From: Octopus sinensis
Taxonomy: Eukaryota
Reading direction: 5' to 3'
DNA length: 64,000 bases
Assembly (NCBI RefSeq): GCF_006345805.1
Contig: NC_043011.1
Span: 12,908,464 to 12,972,463 of the forward strand
Positions 1-11,733 of this stretch are shown here, in pieces. The notes beneath the pieces were generated by a model. The model saw nothing but the letters and a program-made list of their open reading frames with translations. It was not told the DNA's origin and searched no databases. The translations under genes were made by a program, and so were the position numbers. Positions within the stretch are counted from its first letter, which is position 1. Every line of letters begins with the position of its first letter.

Positions 1-46
1 CGCAGTCAAATGACTGAAACAAGTAAAAGAGTAAAGAGTAAAGAGT
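1..46 (+). mobile_element. 3' tail of SINE family B (window starts inside it)
   Basis: cgcagtcaaatgactgaaacaagtaaaagagtaaagag matches the 3' end of the full copy at 18302-18731. Confidence 0.8.
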
Positions 47-2918
47 AATATGTTTTGAAAAAGTTATGGCGGTTTAAAGTTTGGTAATTTTCATTCAGTC
101 AAGAAACAGGATTTGGAAGCAGTAATTTTGTGCGTGACTGCACATTTTGTCGTCAACATCCTGAAAATAGCACGTGTTGTCAGCATTTGTAAACAACTCG
201 TGTTTTTTTTTTAGTTTGAAGCATTCAAAATGCATTCAATGCGATAACACGAACTTAAAAGATTTATCCCCAAAAAGCGTTATTTAGCTGTTATTTTAAC
301 ACAACTCACAATCACCTCAATGACAAAAAGAAACGAGAAAACAAGTAGTTTTAAGCATTCAATATGCATTTAATGCAAATGCGATGAACAACACATTACA
401 CTTTTTTACCCACAAATGGTTTGAATACAGTTTTAACAGAAAGATTTAGAAGAATTAGATGAAAGTCTCCGGTAATTTTCTTTCATAAATGTTTATATTA
501 ATTTTAAAATTTTGCTTGTCTTAATTCAAAACATTTCATAAATGTTTATGTTAATTTAAAAATTTGCCAGCAAAATCTTATAAAATGACAATGTTCTATA
601 CGTCATATATGAAAATGAAAGAGTGAACAAAGTAAGCCTAAAAAACAATTTAAGCACGCAATAAGCAACACATTACAAAATATTTTGAAAATTAAAAACG
701 AAAATTAGAAATACATTCTATCAATTTCTCAAACAAATCACACTTTTCATATCTCCTGCGCCTCATAAATTCGCAGAGATATGAATCTATCATAGAATGG
801 TGAGTTCCACAGCGACGTTTATTACCTCACTTCACAGAGGCCCACGTACTCTCCACTTGTTGAGTGTAGGTACCATCATTCAGGTTAACAAAAGAAAGAA
901 AGAGTAAACAACACGTCTTTTGTAGTTTTAGGCAGTCAATATGCATTTAATGCGATAGCACGAACTTAAAAGATTTATTTAAAAACAAAATAGTTACATT
1001 ATAAATTAATAGTTTTTCAAAACCAAACATTTTGTTGACCAGTTCATTGAAAACGAAAGTTAAAAATGCTTTCAATCGATTTCTCGAATAAATCACAATT
1101 TTCATATCTGCTGCGCTGCATAAATTCACATTCTCAATTGTCGTCGGATGGGTAAAATAAGTTGTTTCAATGTATTTGTCAACAAGTGCTTTCTCGCAGA
1201 CAAAGAGCTCTCATACTCTGCTTGTTACTATAGAAACAGACGTGAATGTGTCCGTGGCTTACGATTGGCTAAAATTACCAAAATTTTCAAACTTTAATTG
1301 TTAATAACTCTTTATTTATTGATTCATAGTAAAAATTATTTTCACGTCATTCATTGAATATGAAATCAATTCGAACAGAATTGATGCTGGCAGCCAAACC
1401 GACTAGATCCAGGACCAAAGCACTACATATATACGCATATATGGGTGCATGCATATATATATATATATAGATAGATGCACATGTGTACGTGTGCATGGTT
1501 TGATTTGGTTTCAAGTGTCCTTGATAACCACTTGGTACAAAAACATGCTTGTCAGTATAACTGGGAGATAATTTTTACTACACACACGGCCCCACACGAA
1601 GACATACACACACTACACACACACACCACCACCACCACCACACCACACACACATTCGTACACCCACATACCCAACTATGTCATCTTATTGTCGATGTCGA
1701 GTCCAAACTTTTTTCCAGTTCATTCGTCCCACCCTTGACTTATAGAAGCTTTACATCAGTGAGAAGTTTAACTGTTTTATCTTCTTCGTCAATTTCTTTC
1801 ACTCCTCTCTCTTGTTCACATCTTCCATTCCTGATATCTGCTTTAATCTCTTCGACATTACCGAGAGCAGAAACAATGGGATCAATCTAAAGAGGTTCCA
1901 ATCTTGTTATTCCTTCATTAGAGAATCAAGTAATCAAAAATCTTCTCAGACATTCATCTGACAAGCTTAAAAGCTAGTCATATCATCCACTTTTTCTACC
2001 GATGAAGAGATAAAAACGTGAGTTGTAACCACTTTACGTTTCACAGAGAGGCTTTTAGCGTTTGTTATGCTACGTTAAATGAGGGGTGTTCTTACGGAAA
2101 GACTTTGATGATGCAATAAGAATTAAGACAAGAATTATATCCATTAACGAAAACCGTTTAATTACATTAAAAGTGCTGTCAGATCATAAGAGATCTGAGT
2201 TGACAGTCTGCAATGATAGAAAGAAAGAAATGTTAGAATCCTCGAATGATAAATACTTGTATATGATTTAATTATTCATACATGTTTGTAGAGCATACTT
2301 TAAATTATGTTGCTGGCTACTGGTTCTGCAGTTACGCTTAATAAAACGTTGTAAATAATTTTATCGAACCAAACAATCAAATTGTGAGAATGAGAGCCTG
2401 AGAGAAGATGAGAATGAATGTGAATGTAAGTGTGAACTGACATAGTTCAGTTTTAGGATAAGAGTTTAGCGAAGATTCAAATTGAAGAAGTCTGTTGACG
2501 GAATCAGCTGGCGAACATCGGCTAAATGTTGTATAGCCACCGGTGAACCATAACTGCGCCTGTTTCTTTACCGAACTGTTTAATAAAGGTGCTTTTATTA
2601 AGAAGAAATGATTCATATTCAGCAACCTTCGTTGGTCAGTTTATCGCAAACGTCACTAGTCTATTAGTTGAGCAACACTCGGGGTGGCCAACTTATTGCT
2701 GATGTCATCTGTCTGTTTGATGAGTCCGATTGTCCATCAGAAATTTTATGACTGGAACTAGAGATTCTGTTTCGAATCTATGCAGAGACCTGCTACATAC
2801 TAAAAGTGTATGTTTAATAAAAAGAAAAAAGAGTACCTTACATTTCAAATCATCCATGTAACACTTGATAGAACAATATAAATTAAGATATATATATACA
2901 TATATATATACATATATA

Positions 2919-2982
<64 letters not shown>

Positions 2983-3105
2983 ATATAATATATATATATA
3001 TATTAGGGCTGCGGAATTTAAAGATTGATCGTTAATTTATTTTAACGATTAAATTTTTATTAATTGGTTTCAGATGTAATTTTCTACACATCATTAATAA
3101 ATATG

Positions 3106-3147
3106 CCGGAAGTCAGGAAGCAACAGTAACAACAGTAAAATGGCGGC
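3106..3147 (+). promoter_or_regulatory. Putative transposase promoter: ETS and YY1 motifs
   Basis: CCGGAAGT at 3106-3113 and AAAATGGCGGC at 3137-3147; the ATG at 3140 is in frame with the BED-finger ORF at 3179. Confidence 0.45.
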
Positions 3148-3930
3148 GGAGAAGAATCGAGTTATGTAATATAAACCTATGTCAGGTCGATTACATGAAC
3201 ATTTTGGATTTAAATTGTTGGCTGACGGTAATATAAAAACTGCTGATAACGTTTATTGCATCCATTGCGACAGATCATTCGCATACCACGGATCTAACAC
3301 ATCGCTTACTTACCACCTTCAAAACAAACACTCGCTACAGTATTTGAAACCTCAACTCGCAAAGTCAGCTTCATTTAGTTAGTCTACAGCGGCGGTATCA
3401 TCTTCCTTCAAGCAGACTATTTTGAGTCAGTTTTATCGTCGTTCTGATCATCCGATGAGTGCTACCGTACAACCTGACATTAAAATATCAATTGCAGACT
3501 GCATAGCTGATAGTGGTTGACCAATATGGATAGTAGAAGATGATGGGATTCAGTAAGTATTGCGCACAGCGCTTCAAAATACCGAATATAAACTACCTTG
3601 TTGGCGCACTATTGATAAAATGTTGGTTGATATTTATAAGAGCAAAAGAGAATGTGTTAAAGAAGCAGTAAGAAAAATTCAAAGGCACTTGCGCTAATAT
3701 CTGATTTTTGGATATTCCTAGGTAATGAAAGTTATTGCGAAATCACCGACCATTGGATTGCTGGTGAATGGAATTTAATAAGTGTTATTCTTGGATGTGT
3801 GCATTTTGCTGAACGTCTCTATGCTAACAAAGTTGCTGAGTTATATAAACAATTTGTAGAAGATTGGGACATAGCAAAGAAGATTCAGGTTCTAGTAAGG
3901 GACAATGCGCGAAATTTGAGTGAGACAACG
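3140..3930 (+). pseudogene. hAT (ZBED1/Ac-like) transposase pseudogene, N-terminal part
   Basis: BED finger HFGF...VYCIHCDRSFAYHGSNTSLTYHLQNKH, then degenerate PIWIVEDDG...YKLPCWRTI, DFWISLGNESYCEITDHWI...W and KIQVLVRDNARNL; multiple stops and frameshifts; the C-terminal half is missing. Confidence 0.85.
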
Positions 3931-4120
3931 CTTGTGTTGTTTCTTGTTTTTAACCGAATTTTAATTGAAATATCGTAAACTTGTCGATAAATGCAACTGT
4001 AGACATTTTTATGTTTTAATTAAAAATTAACTATTAATTAATCGTTAATTTCTCAAAAGTTAGTTATTAAAATTAAACTAAATGTTACCAGCCCTAATAT
4101 ATAGATGTATATTATATATA

Positions 4121-4191
<71 letters not shown>

Positions 4192-4199
4192 CATATATC

Positions 4200-4372
4200 G
4201 GAGTAAACACATAAATGTGAAACAAGGTGGAAAGAAGAGTACTCAAATACCAGAGGTAGAGCAATATGCTTTATTTACAAGCAGCAGAAATTTTAACAAA
4301 ACTGTCCGACGAACGGGAACGTGAAACTCCGAGTAACAGCTTTTGTTAAATTTCTGCTGCTTTTAAATAAAG
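4200..4372 (+). mobile_element. Short non-coding HHR-bearing element between (TA)n tracts (probably Penelope-derived)
   Basis: ~170-bp unique segment flanked by (TA)n; its 3' 104 bp is an imperfect hairpin (4269-4305 / 4336-4372) capped by an HHR core. Confidence 0.6.
4302..4339 (+). ncRNA. Type I hammerhead ribozyme motif (U4C variant)
   Basis: Stem I ctgt/acag; core CCGACGA; stem II acg-GGAA-cgt; GAAA; stem III actc-c-gagt; GUA triplet with predicted cleavage after 4335. Confidence 0.7.
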
Positions 4373-4415
4373 TATATATATATATATAGTTAATCCAAAC
4401 AAACATATATATATA

Positions 4416-4487
<72 letters not shown>

Positions 4488-4497
4488 GTATATATAT

Positions 4498-4545
<48 letters not shown>

Positions 4546-4570
4546 TATATATATATATATTATATATATG

Positions 4571-4603
<33 letters not shown>

Positions 4604-4607
4604 GTAT

Positions 4608-4656
<49 letters not shown>

Positions 4657-4927
4657 GTGTGTAGCAATTAAGGACAACTACTTAATAAGGAAAACTTAAC
4701 AAGAAATTGTCAGGTAGATAGCGTAAAAACCTCATAAGAGAAAAAATTTCGAAAAAAAATTATTTCTTATTGAACATATTAATTTATATATAGAGGGCAT
4801 TATACATACATGCCAGGAAGCATTGTATATACATGCCAAACGCTAAGAGGGACAATCAGTCATTTCTACCAAAAATATTACTAATCCCACCGAATGCAAT
4901 TTTTCAAAGTAAGACATTTAAAAATAT

Positions 4928-4975
4928 AGGCCTGTATCACAGTGATTTCATACTTACGTAATCATCAGCAGGCCT
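4928..4975 (-). ncRNA. Type I hammerhead ribozyme motif, array copy 1
   Basis: Reverse complement of the 6596-6643 motif (aggcctg CTGATGA ttacgtaagtat GAAA tcactgtga TA caggcct). Confidence 0.72.
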
Positions 4976-5407
4976 GAATGTATTATAAATAAACAACGAC
5001 CCTGCCTCGCTTAAGCCGATCAGCTAACTGATCAACATCAACGAAGCACATGGGTGAGTTTATATATATTACATCCGGGTAAATGGTAAACTTTTACGAA
5101 TTGCATTTCGGGAGGGGAAAAGTTTTTTCGGAATAAAAATTTAGCAATTAAGGACAACTACTTAATAAGGAAAACTTAACAAGAAATTGTCAGGTAGATA
5201 GCGTAAAAACCTCATAAGAGAAAAAATTTCGAAAAAAAATTATTTCTTATTGAACATATTAATTTATATATAGAGGGCATTATACATACATGCCAGGAAG
5301 CATTGTATATACATGCCAAACGCTAAGAGGGACAATCAGTCATTTCTACCAAAAATATTACTAATCCCACCGAATGCAATTTTTCAAAGTAAGACATTTA
5401 AAAATAT

Positions 5408-5455
5408 AGGCCTGTATCACAGTGATTTCATACTTACGTAATCATCAGCAGGCCT
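5408..5455 (-). ncRNA. Type I hammerhead ribozyme motif, array copy 2
   Basis: Identical to copy 1, 480 bp downstream. Confidence 0.72.
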
Positions 5456-5883
5456 GAATGTATTATAAATAAACAACGACCCTGCCTCGCTTAAGCCGAT
5501 CAGCTAACTGATCAACATCAACGAAGCACATGGGTGAGTTTATATATTACATCCGGGTAAATGGTAAACTTTTACGATTGCATTTCGGGAGGGGAAAAGT
5601 TTTTTCGGAATAAAAATTTAGCAATTAAGGACAACTACTTAATAAGGAAAACTTAACAAGAATTGTCAGGTAGATAGCGTAAAAACCTCATAAGAGAAAA
5701 AATTTCGAAAAAAAATTATTTCTTATTGAACATATTAATTTATATATAGAGGGCATTATACATACATGCCAGGAAGCATTGTATATACATGCCAAACGCT
5801 AAGAGGGACAATCAGTCATTTCTACCAAAAATATTACTAATCCCACCGAATGCAATTTTTCAAAGTAAGACATTTAAAAATAT

Positions 5884-5931
5884 AGGCCTGTATCACAGTG
5901 ATTTCATACTTACGTAATCATCAGCAGGCCT
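5884..5931 (-). ncRNA. Type I hammerhead ribozyme motif, array copy 3
   Basis: Identical to copy 1, 476 bp downstream of copy 2. Confidence 0.72.
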
Positions 5932-6595
5932 GAATGTATTATAAATAAACAACGACCCTGCCTCGCTTAAGCCGATCAGCTAACTGATCAACATCAACGA
6001 AGCACATGGGTGAGTTATATATATTACATCCGGGTAAATGGTAAACTTTTACGAATTGCATTTCGGGAGGGGAAAAGTTTTTTCGGAATAAAAATTTAGC
6101 AATTAAGGACAACTACTTAATAAGGAAAACTTAACAAGAAATTGTCAGGTAGATAGCGTAAAAACCTCATAAGAGAAAAAATTTCGAAAAAAAATTATTT
6201 CTTATTGAACATATTAATTTATATATAGAGGGCATTATACATACATGCCAGGAAGCATTGTATATACAATGCTTCCTGGCATGTATGTATAATGCCCTCT
6301 ATATATAAATTAATATGTTCAATAAGAAATAATTTTTTTCGAAATTTTTTCTCTTATGAGGTTTTTACGCTATCTACCTGACAATTTCTTGTTAAGTTTT
6401 CCTTATTAAGTAGTTGTCCTTAATTGCTAAATTTTTATTCCGAAAAAACTTTTCCCCTCCCGAAATGCAATTCGTAAAAGTTTACCATTTACCCGGATGT
6501 AATATATATAAACTCACCCATGTGCTTCGTTGATGTTGATCAGTTAGCTGATCGGCTTAAGCGAGGCAGGGTCGTTGTTTATTTATAATACATTC

Positions 6596-6643
6596 AGGCC
6601 TGCTGATGATTACGTAAGTATGAAATCACTGTGATACAGGCCT
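6596..6643 (+). ncRNA. Type I hammerhead ribozyme motif, inverted array copy
   Basis: Stem I aggcctg(6596-6602)/caggcct(6637-6643); CTGATGA 6603-6609; stem II t-tac-GTAA-gta-t; GAAA 6622-6625; stem III atcac-t-gtgat; AUA triplet with predicted cleavage after 6636. Caveat: U10.1-U11.1 mismatch. Confidence 0.72.
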
Positions 6644-6848
6644 ATATTTTTAAATGTCTTACTTTGAAAAATTGCATTCGGTGGGATTAGTAATATTTTT
6701 GGTAGAAATGACTGATTGTCCCTCTTAGCGTTTGGCATGTATATACAATGCTTCCTGGCATGTATGTATAATGCCCTCTATATATAAATTAATATGTGTG
6801 TATATATATATGTATATATATATGTGTATATATATATATATGTATATA

Positions 6849-6897
<49 letters not shown>

Positions 6898-8330
6898 ATA
6901 TACGTATGTGTATATATGAGAGAAAGTGCAATCCTCTTTTAAGAATGGTATGTATATTTAAACACGTATCAAATCGTGCATGTGTACACATTAAGATATT
7001 AATCCTTGTGTAAAATGACAATCAGCATGTTCAGTCACAGCAAACAGAGAAATCAATATATGAATATATATTCTTTTGGTCTTTATTACAAAAAATATAT
7101 ATATTATGACACCAAAAGAAAATATGGAAGTAAAAAGACTAGAGCAAAACGTGACGATGCTAGACATTGAAAATTATTAAGAATGACTAATTATATGGTT
7201 ACAGATACAAAAACACGTAGGATATAATCGATTAACAGGCAAATAAATGGGTAATTGAGAAAACAGACAGTGTTCTTGTATCTCTTCTTAGAGTTTGCAC
7301 TTATCAAAGCTGTGATGAGAGACAGCAATAAATAACTTGCAGTACTTACGGCAACAAGAAACTGTCAGAGATTGTTTCCTAAGGCTGCTTTATCTAGCAT
7401 ATTGTAGATCTGTTAGTTCACACACCAACACGAAATATAGAATAGAGAAAACAATCAGTTGTCTGTGTTTATATGTAGATGTACATTTGTTTATAACTAC
7501 GTAAGTTCGCATGTGTTTCTTTATAAGTTTATGTTATGAACGAATGCGTTCGTGAGTGTGTGTGTGTGCGAGCGCGCATGTGTGAATGCCATGCCACGAG
7601 AGAGAATGAGAAAGTGAAGTGAATGCATCTACAAATAAAAATAAAGTGGAATAAGACCGAATGAACTGATTGAACATTCGAATCAGATTCCTCAAACATT
7701 TATTATTGAAGAACCATAGCGATGTTCTTATTTCCATAGCTGGAGCGTTATCACTATTAGAATTCGATGACCTTTCATCTGTTAGTTTAAATAGTCTTTA
7801 TAAAATACCAGAAGATATGAAAATAGCAACTCTAACCTTAAAAAGACCGTGGACATAAGCAGACTGCCTTTTAAAAGAAAAACAGTAAGAGTGAAATGTA
7901 ATAAGATTAGTAATTTGTCTTGGATGACCGGTTTTGCTGGAAGATATAAACGATAAGTGACAAACGATTTGTGATTTAGATGTATATCGGGGCGCGGTGG
8001 GGGAGTTATACAATTCTAAATCTTTTAAAACATATTAAGCCAAAGGAAGTGCATCCAACTGAGAAACGAAACTGTATTGTCACTTTTATTCCCGAAGAGC
8101 GTATCGTAGCATCGTTGTAGCATTCAGCAGAGGAACTGCCACAAATGATGCGAATGATAATGTACTTCGACAAGGAAGATTCTACTCGTGCCAAAGGTGG
8201 AGCGTTTACATGACCGCTCAAATCATTGAAAATAGCAGCCAAATTTCCACTCGACTCACAATTTGTCTTCGTGAAAAGAAGAATACACGGAACGAAGTAG
8301 TTCCTGATACACAACACAACGAAATAACCA

Positions 8331-8568
8331 GTTCCAAGGCGGCGAGCTGGCAGAAACGTTAGCACGCCGGGCGAAATGCGTAGCCGTATTTCGTCTGCCG
8401 TTACGTTCTGAGTTCAAATTCCGCCAAGGTCGACTTTGCCTTTCATCCTTTCGGGGTCGATAAATTAAGTACCAGTTACGCACTGGGGTCGATGTAATCG
8501 ACTTAATCCGTTTGTCTGTCCTTGTTTGTCCTCTCTGTGATTAGCCCCTTGTGGGTAGTAAAGAAATA
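8331..8568 (+). mobile_element. tRNA-headed SINE family A
   Basis: A-box-like tggcagaaacgttag, B-box-like gagttcaaattcc, body shared with copies at 17177, 19631, 31094, 33085 and 61679; TSD gaaataacca (8321-8330 / 8569-8578). Confidence 0.85.
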
Positions 8569-8941
8569 GAAATAACCACGGCTTCAACGCCTTAAATAAT
8601 AATTCCGCTTTATCACGGTAGCATTTTTTCCGACTGATTGAAAACGAAAATCAGGCTTAGAACAATATGAGTTAAACAAGTTTGATTACTATTGATATTA
8701 GTGTTTGTTTCAATGTGATTGTAGATAAGCAAATACTAAGAATGATGCCAACTCAGCAATACATAGAAACATTCAAAAAGTTAAAGAAATGAACAATTGC
8801 CTCATAAAATAAATTGTATGATTATGTTAAACTACGACTAAGTATATTCCAAGAGATGCAGTTGGTGGTTTGGCAGCAACAATGTCACGACGCAGCACTT
8901 GTTAAGTCGGGAAGAATGTATTCAAAATATATTTCATAAGA

Positions 8942-9301
8942 TTTAATTTTTAATTCAATTTTAATTTTAATTTTAATGTTTATTGGCTCAAAAAGCAAGA
9001 GCAAGGCCATGTAGGGGGATAGGGAGTTATGTACAGGGAGGGTGGTCATACAAAGAGTTCAGGCCATTTCTGGTCAAGAGAGACTTTGAACCGAGCGGTC
9101 GTAGGCATCTTCACTATCTCGTCCGGCAGCTTATTCCACGGATCCGCAACCCGGACGGAGAAAACCCCTCTCCTTCGATTGAGATGAAATCGTCCTAGAT
9201 AGAGCTTTTCGGAGTGACCCCCGCAGCCCACGCTCTGGAGCAGGAGTGAAGAACAGCTCTTTCGAGAGGTTACACTTTCCGCTTATGATGTTGTGAGCGG
9301 G
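8942..9301 (-). mobile_element. CR1/L2-group LINE 3' end (5'-truncated)
   Basis: Translation LRGHSEKLYLGRFHLNRRRGVFSVRVADPWNKLPDEIV...FKVSLDQKW matches the CR1 ORF2 C-terminus (RGH..KL, R..FFS.RV...WN.LP, FK..LD); (ATTAAA)n-like tail at 8942-8977. Confidence 0.85.
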
Positions 9302-9999
9302 TGACCATAGTTTTTACATGTCCTAACATACTAGTAAATCTGATGCAATTGAGGTTTAATATGAAAACCTGTAAGTCAATATCAGTAGAAAAACGCGGCT
9401 AGGGTGAGACCTTGAAGGTGAGACACAACCAAGGAGTAACCGTCTATGAGTGGTAAAATAAGAGAGATGAAGAAGTACATTTGTGGTTGAAACGTCCTGG
9501 GGAATGAAACTTTTCCAATTGGTCGTGTACGGCTTTGTTTTCAATGCAGTCTTCCTTATTTACGTGTCTAGTCCCTACACTGCACCTATACATGTGAAGA
9601 TTATAGTAATGTAGGTGTTACTTGAGTAAGAGAAGGGATAATCATTTTTCATTTTAGATGACCATATGTGATTGATTAAACAGTTAACACCACCTTGTAA
9701 TAGCATACCTGTATCGATCCAGTGTGGGAGCCTCAACGTGGTCACTCGATCTGTTAGGAATAGCAGCCAAATCTGCTTAAAATTACATCTTACTGCTTTT
9801 AATAAGAAATAGTTACGTCACACAATGAAATCTTGCATACACCTAAAAGGAACGAGATAATCACAGTTGGAATGTCTTTGATCAGAAGGTTGTGCCATCA
9901 AGATTTACCTAGGAATAAACATCTGGTTGTGATAACGCTTTTGTCTTGTTTTAAGTTTATAAAAACTTATTTGTGATCAAGAAATAGTGTAAGAAGTCA

Positions 10000-11070
10000 G
10001 ATGGAAGATCAGCGTCCACCATTGAAACCTATATTTCTGAAGAAAATATAGCAAGAAAGTAGCTTTTATAATACCTTAAAAACAGAACATGACCAACTCC
10101 ATATCCAAAGACGATCTAAGCAATAACTTCACGATACTAGAAGATAGAATAAATAGTATTCCTTACCGCCAAGTTTTAAGGATTACTACATTTAAAAGAG
10201 AACATGAATGACCGAACAGTAGACATCTCTAAGACATTTGATTAGCATCTTTCTTGAAAGTATTTCAAAATTACTTTGAATAAGGAGAAAAGAAAAATGG
10301 AACTTTGAATGACAGAATATGTGAAGGAATAGAAAATGATAGACTTAAATGATAGAACTTTTGACAGAAAGATACTTGAGAATAAAAGTTTGCATAAGAT
10401 ATATGTAAGGTAGCAGGGAAAATATAGAATATGTTGTAAATACAATGAGAAACGAAATTGTAGGTAAAATATATTTCGCTACGAAAGGAAACGCTAATCT
10501 TGCTTGGTTGCATTTAGAAGTCTCTCAAAATTTATATAATATTGAAGTATTGTGAGCTCAAATACACAAAGCTAAGAAGAAAATGTTACATAAGATATTC
10601 AGAGAAGGAGACAATGTCCATAGATTTTGTAAATCGTTCGAGACTGTTGTAGAGTAAATCGTTTTGTGAAATGATATAAAATCACGATGGAAAAGAAAGT
10701 GAGTGCAATGTAATTTTCCGTTTTAGGAATCTTTGTCTAGGATGTATTTCCCCATATAAATCCAAAGGATTCATGGATGAGAGCCAAATATCAATAAAAG
10801 CAGTGATTCTACAAAAATATAATAGAGTGGCTAACAATATCATCTTCAGACAGAAGTAAAAAGATAAGTTGGCAATACATTCTTTTCAAAATGTATTTCC
10901 AATCCTTGTTCCATGAAAGGTGAATGATAAGGGATTGGAAGCAGCAATCGGAAATATTAAAGCAAAGATTCTTCTTGATCTACAGAATTTTCTCAAAAAA
11001 AAAAACTGAGCATATTCATTTTGATTTTTGTATGTCGTAGTACCAGCGTTACAGAGATCTTTTATCAACA
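10000..11070 (+). pseudogene. Highly degraded non-LTR retrotransposon reverse transcriptase
   Basis: Remnant motifs FTILEDRINSI, VDISKTFD* (10219-10245, cf. IDFSKAFD), DIQRRRQCP*IL*IV (10594-10640, cf. GIRQGCPLSP.LF.IV) and VSAM*FS-VLGIF (cf. FADD); many stops. Confidence 0.55.
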
Positions 11071-11347
11071 TTTGTAGCCTTCATTTTGCAAATCATTCAG
11101 TTTGACTTGTCTAGAGTTTATTCTTCGTGCTTCCAACTCGATTCGAACTATGCAAGTCGTTGCAGAAATCAAGACCTAATGTTCTGTAGACTTTGCTTTT
11201 CATCCTTTCTGGGATCGATCTAATCGACTGGCCCCCTACCCCAAAATTTCAAGTCTTGTACCTAGAGTAGAAAAGGATATCTACAGAGGTTTATTTCATA
11301 CTTTTATTCTTTAAATATCGAATACACTTCAAGACTCCATTTTATAA

Positions 11348-11733
11348 TCTCTCTCTATATATAAACGGCAGTTTGTCTGTGCGTGTTTCTGTGTGTCTGT
11401 TTGCTTGTACCCTCACCCTGACCACGGCTTTCAACCGATTCTAATGAAACTTGATACACACATAGCCCAATGTCATAATTCAAAACTAACGCAGCGAAAA
11501 TTTTGAAAAGTTCCCCCAGTTCTGAAAAAAATCGATAAATTCGACATGGGGTCGACAATGAGAAACACAAACCACAAACTGTCTAGGGGACGCAACTCCA
11601 CCTTTTTTAAATCTCAAAAAAAATTTACCATCATTTTTTTCCATTTTTTTGCTATTTTTTGGCTATAACTCTCTAAAAATGCTTTATAGTTATTTCCCTT
11701 ACAAACCTGAGCAACGCCGGGCGATACTGCTAG
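11348..11733 (+). mobile_element. Non-autonomous Helitron family D
   Basis: A|TC...CTAG|T termini; subterminal hairpin cctgagcaacgccggg; reverse copy at 14729-15105. Confidence 0.8.

Larger units (their letters stand above)
3004..4096 (+). mobile_element. Internally deleted hAT DNA transposon inserted in a (TA)n tract
   Basis: TIRs TAGGGCTG (3004-3011) and CAGCCCTA (4089-4096); 8-bp flanks atatatat / atatatag (7/8 match); contains BED finger and hAT transposase remnants. Confidence 0.85.
4664..6791. repeat. Tandem plus fold-back array of a ~478-480-bp HHR-containing monomer (retrozyme-like)
   Basis: Near-identical units start at 4662, 5142, 5619 and 6097 (partial). A spacer-less inversion centred at 6263/6264 gives a reverse-complement arm to 6797. 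Direct repeat atatgtgtgta at 4653-4663 and 6792-6802. Confidence 0.9.

Noticed and set aside
50-1360. Possible old non-autonomous DNA transposon with internal repeats (gcattcaatatgcatttaatgcgat at ~222, 355 and 932)
   Set aside because: Internal duplications are real, but termini and TSD could not be defined.
4662-6263. Tandem array as a CRISPR array or coding repeat
   Set aside because: No unique spacers, units are ~480 bp, eukaryotic context, and no ORF spans the unit.
6264-6360. QCFLACMYNALYI*INMFNKK*FFSK in the array monomer, faintly like a Penelope GIY-YIG C-terminus
   Set aside because: Similarity is too weak and interrupted by stops to support by eye; needs a profile HMM.
7725-7858. 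Possible terminal coding exon after acceptor-like ttcttatttccatag (AGALSLLEFDD...KRPWT*)
   Set aside because: No recognisable homology, no supporting upstream exon, and such acceptors are common by chance in AT-rich DNA.
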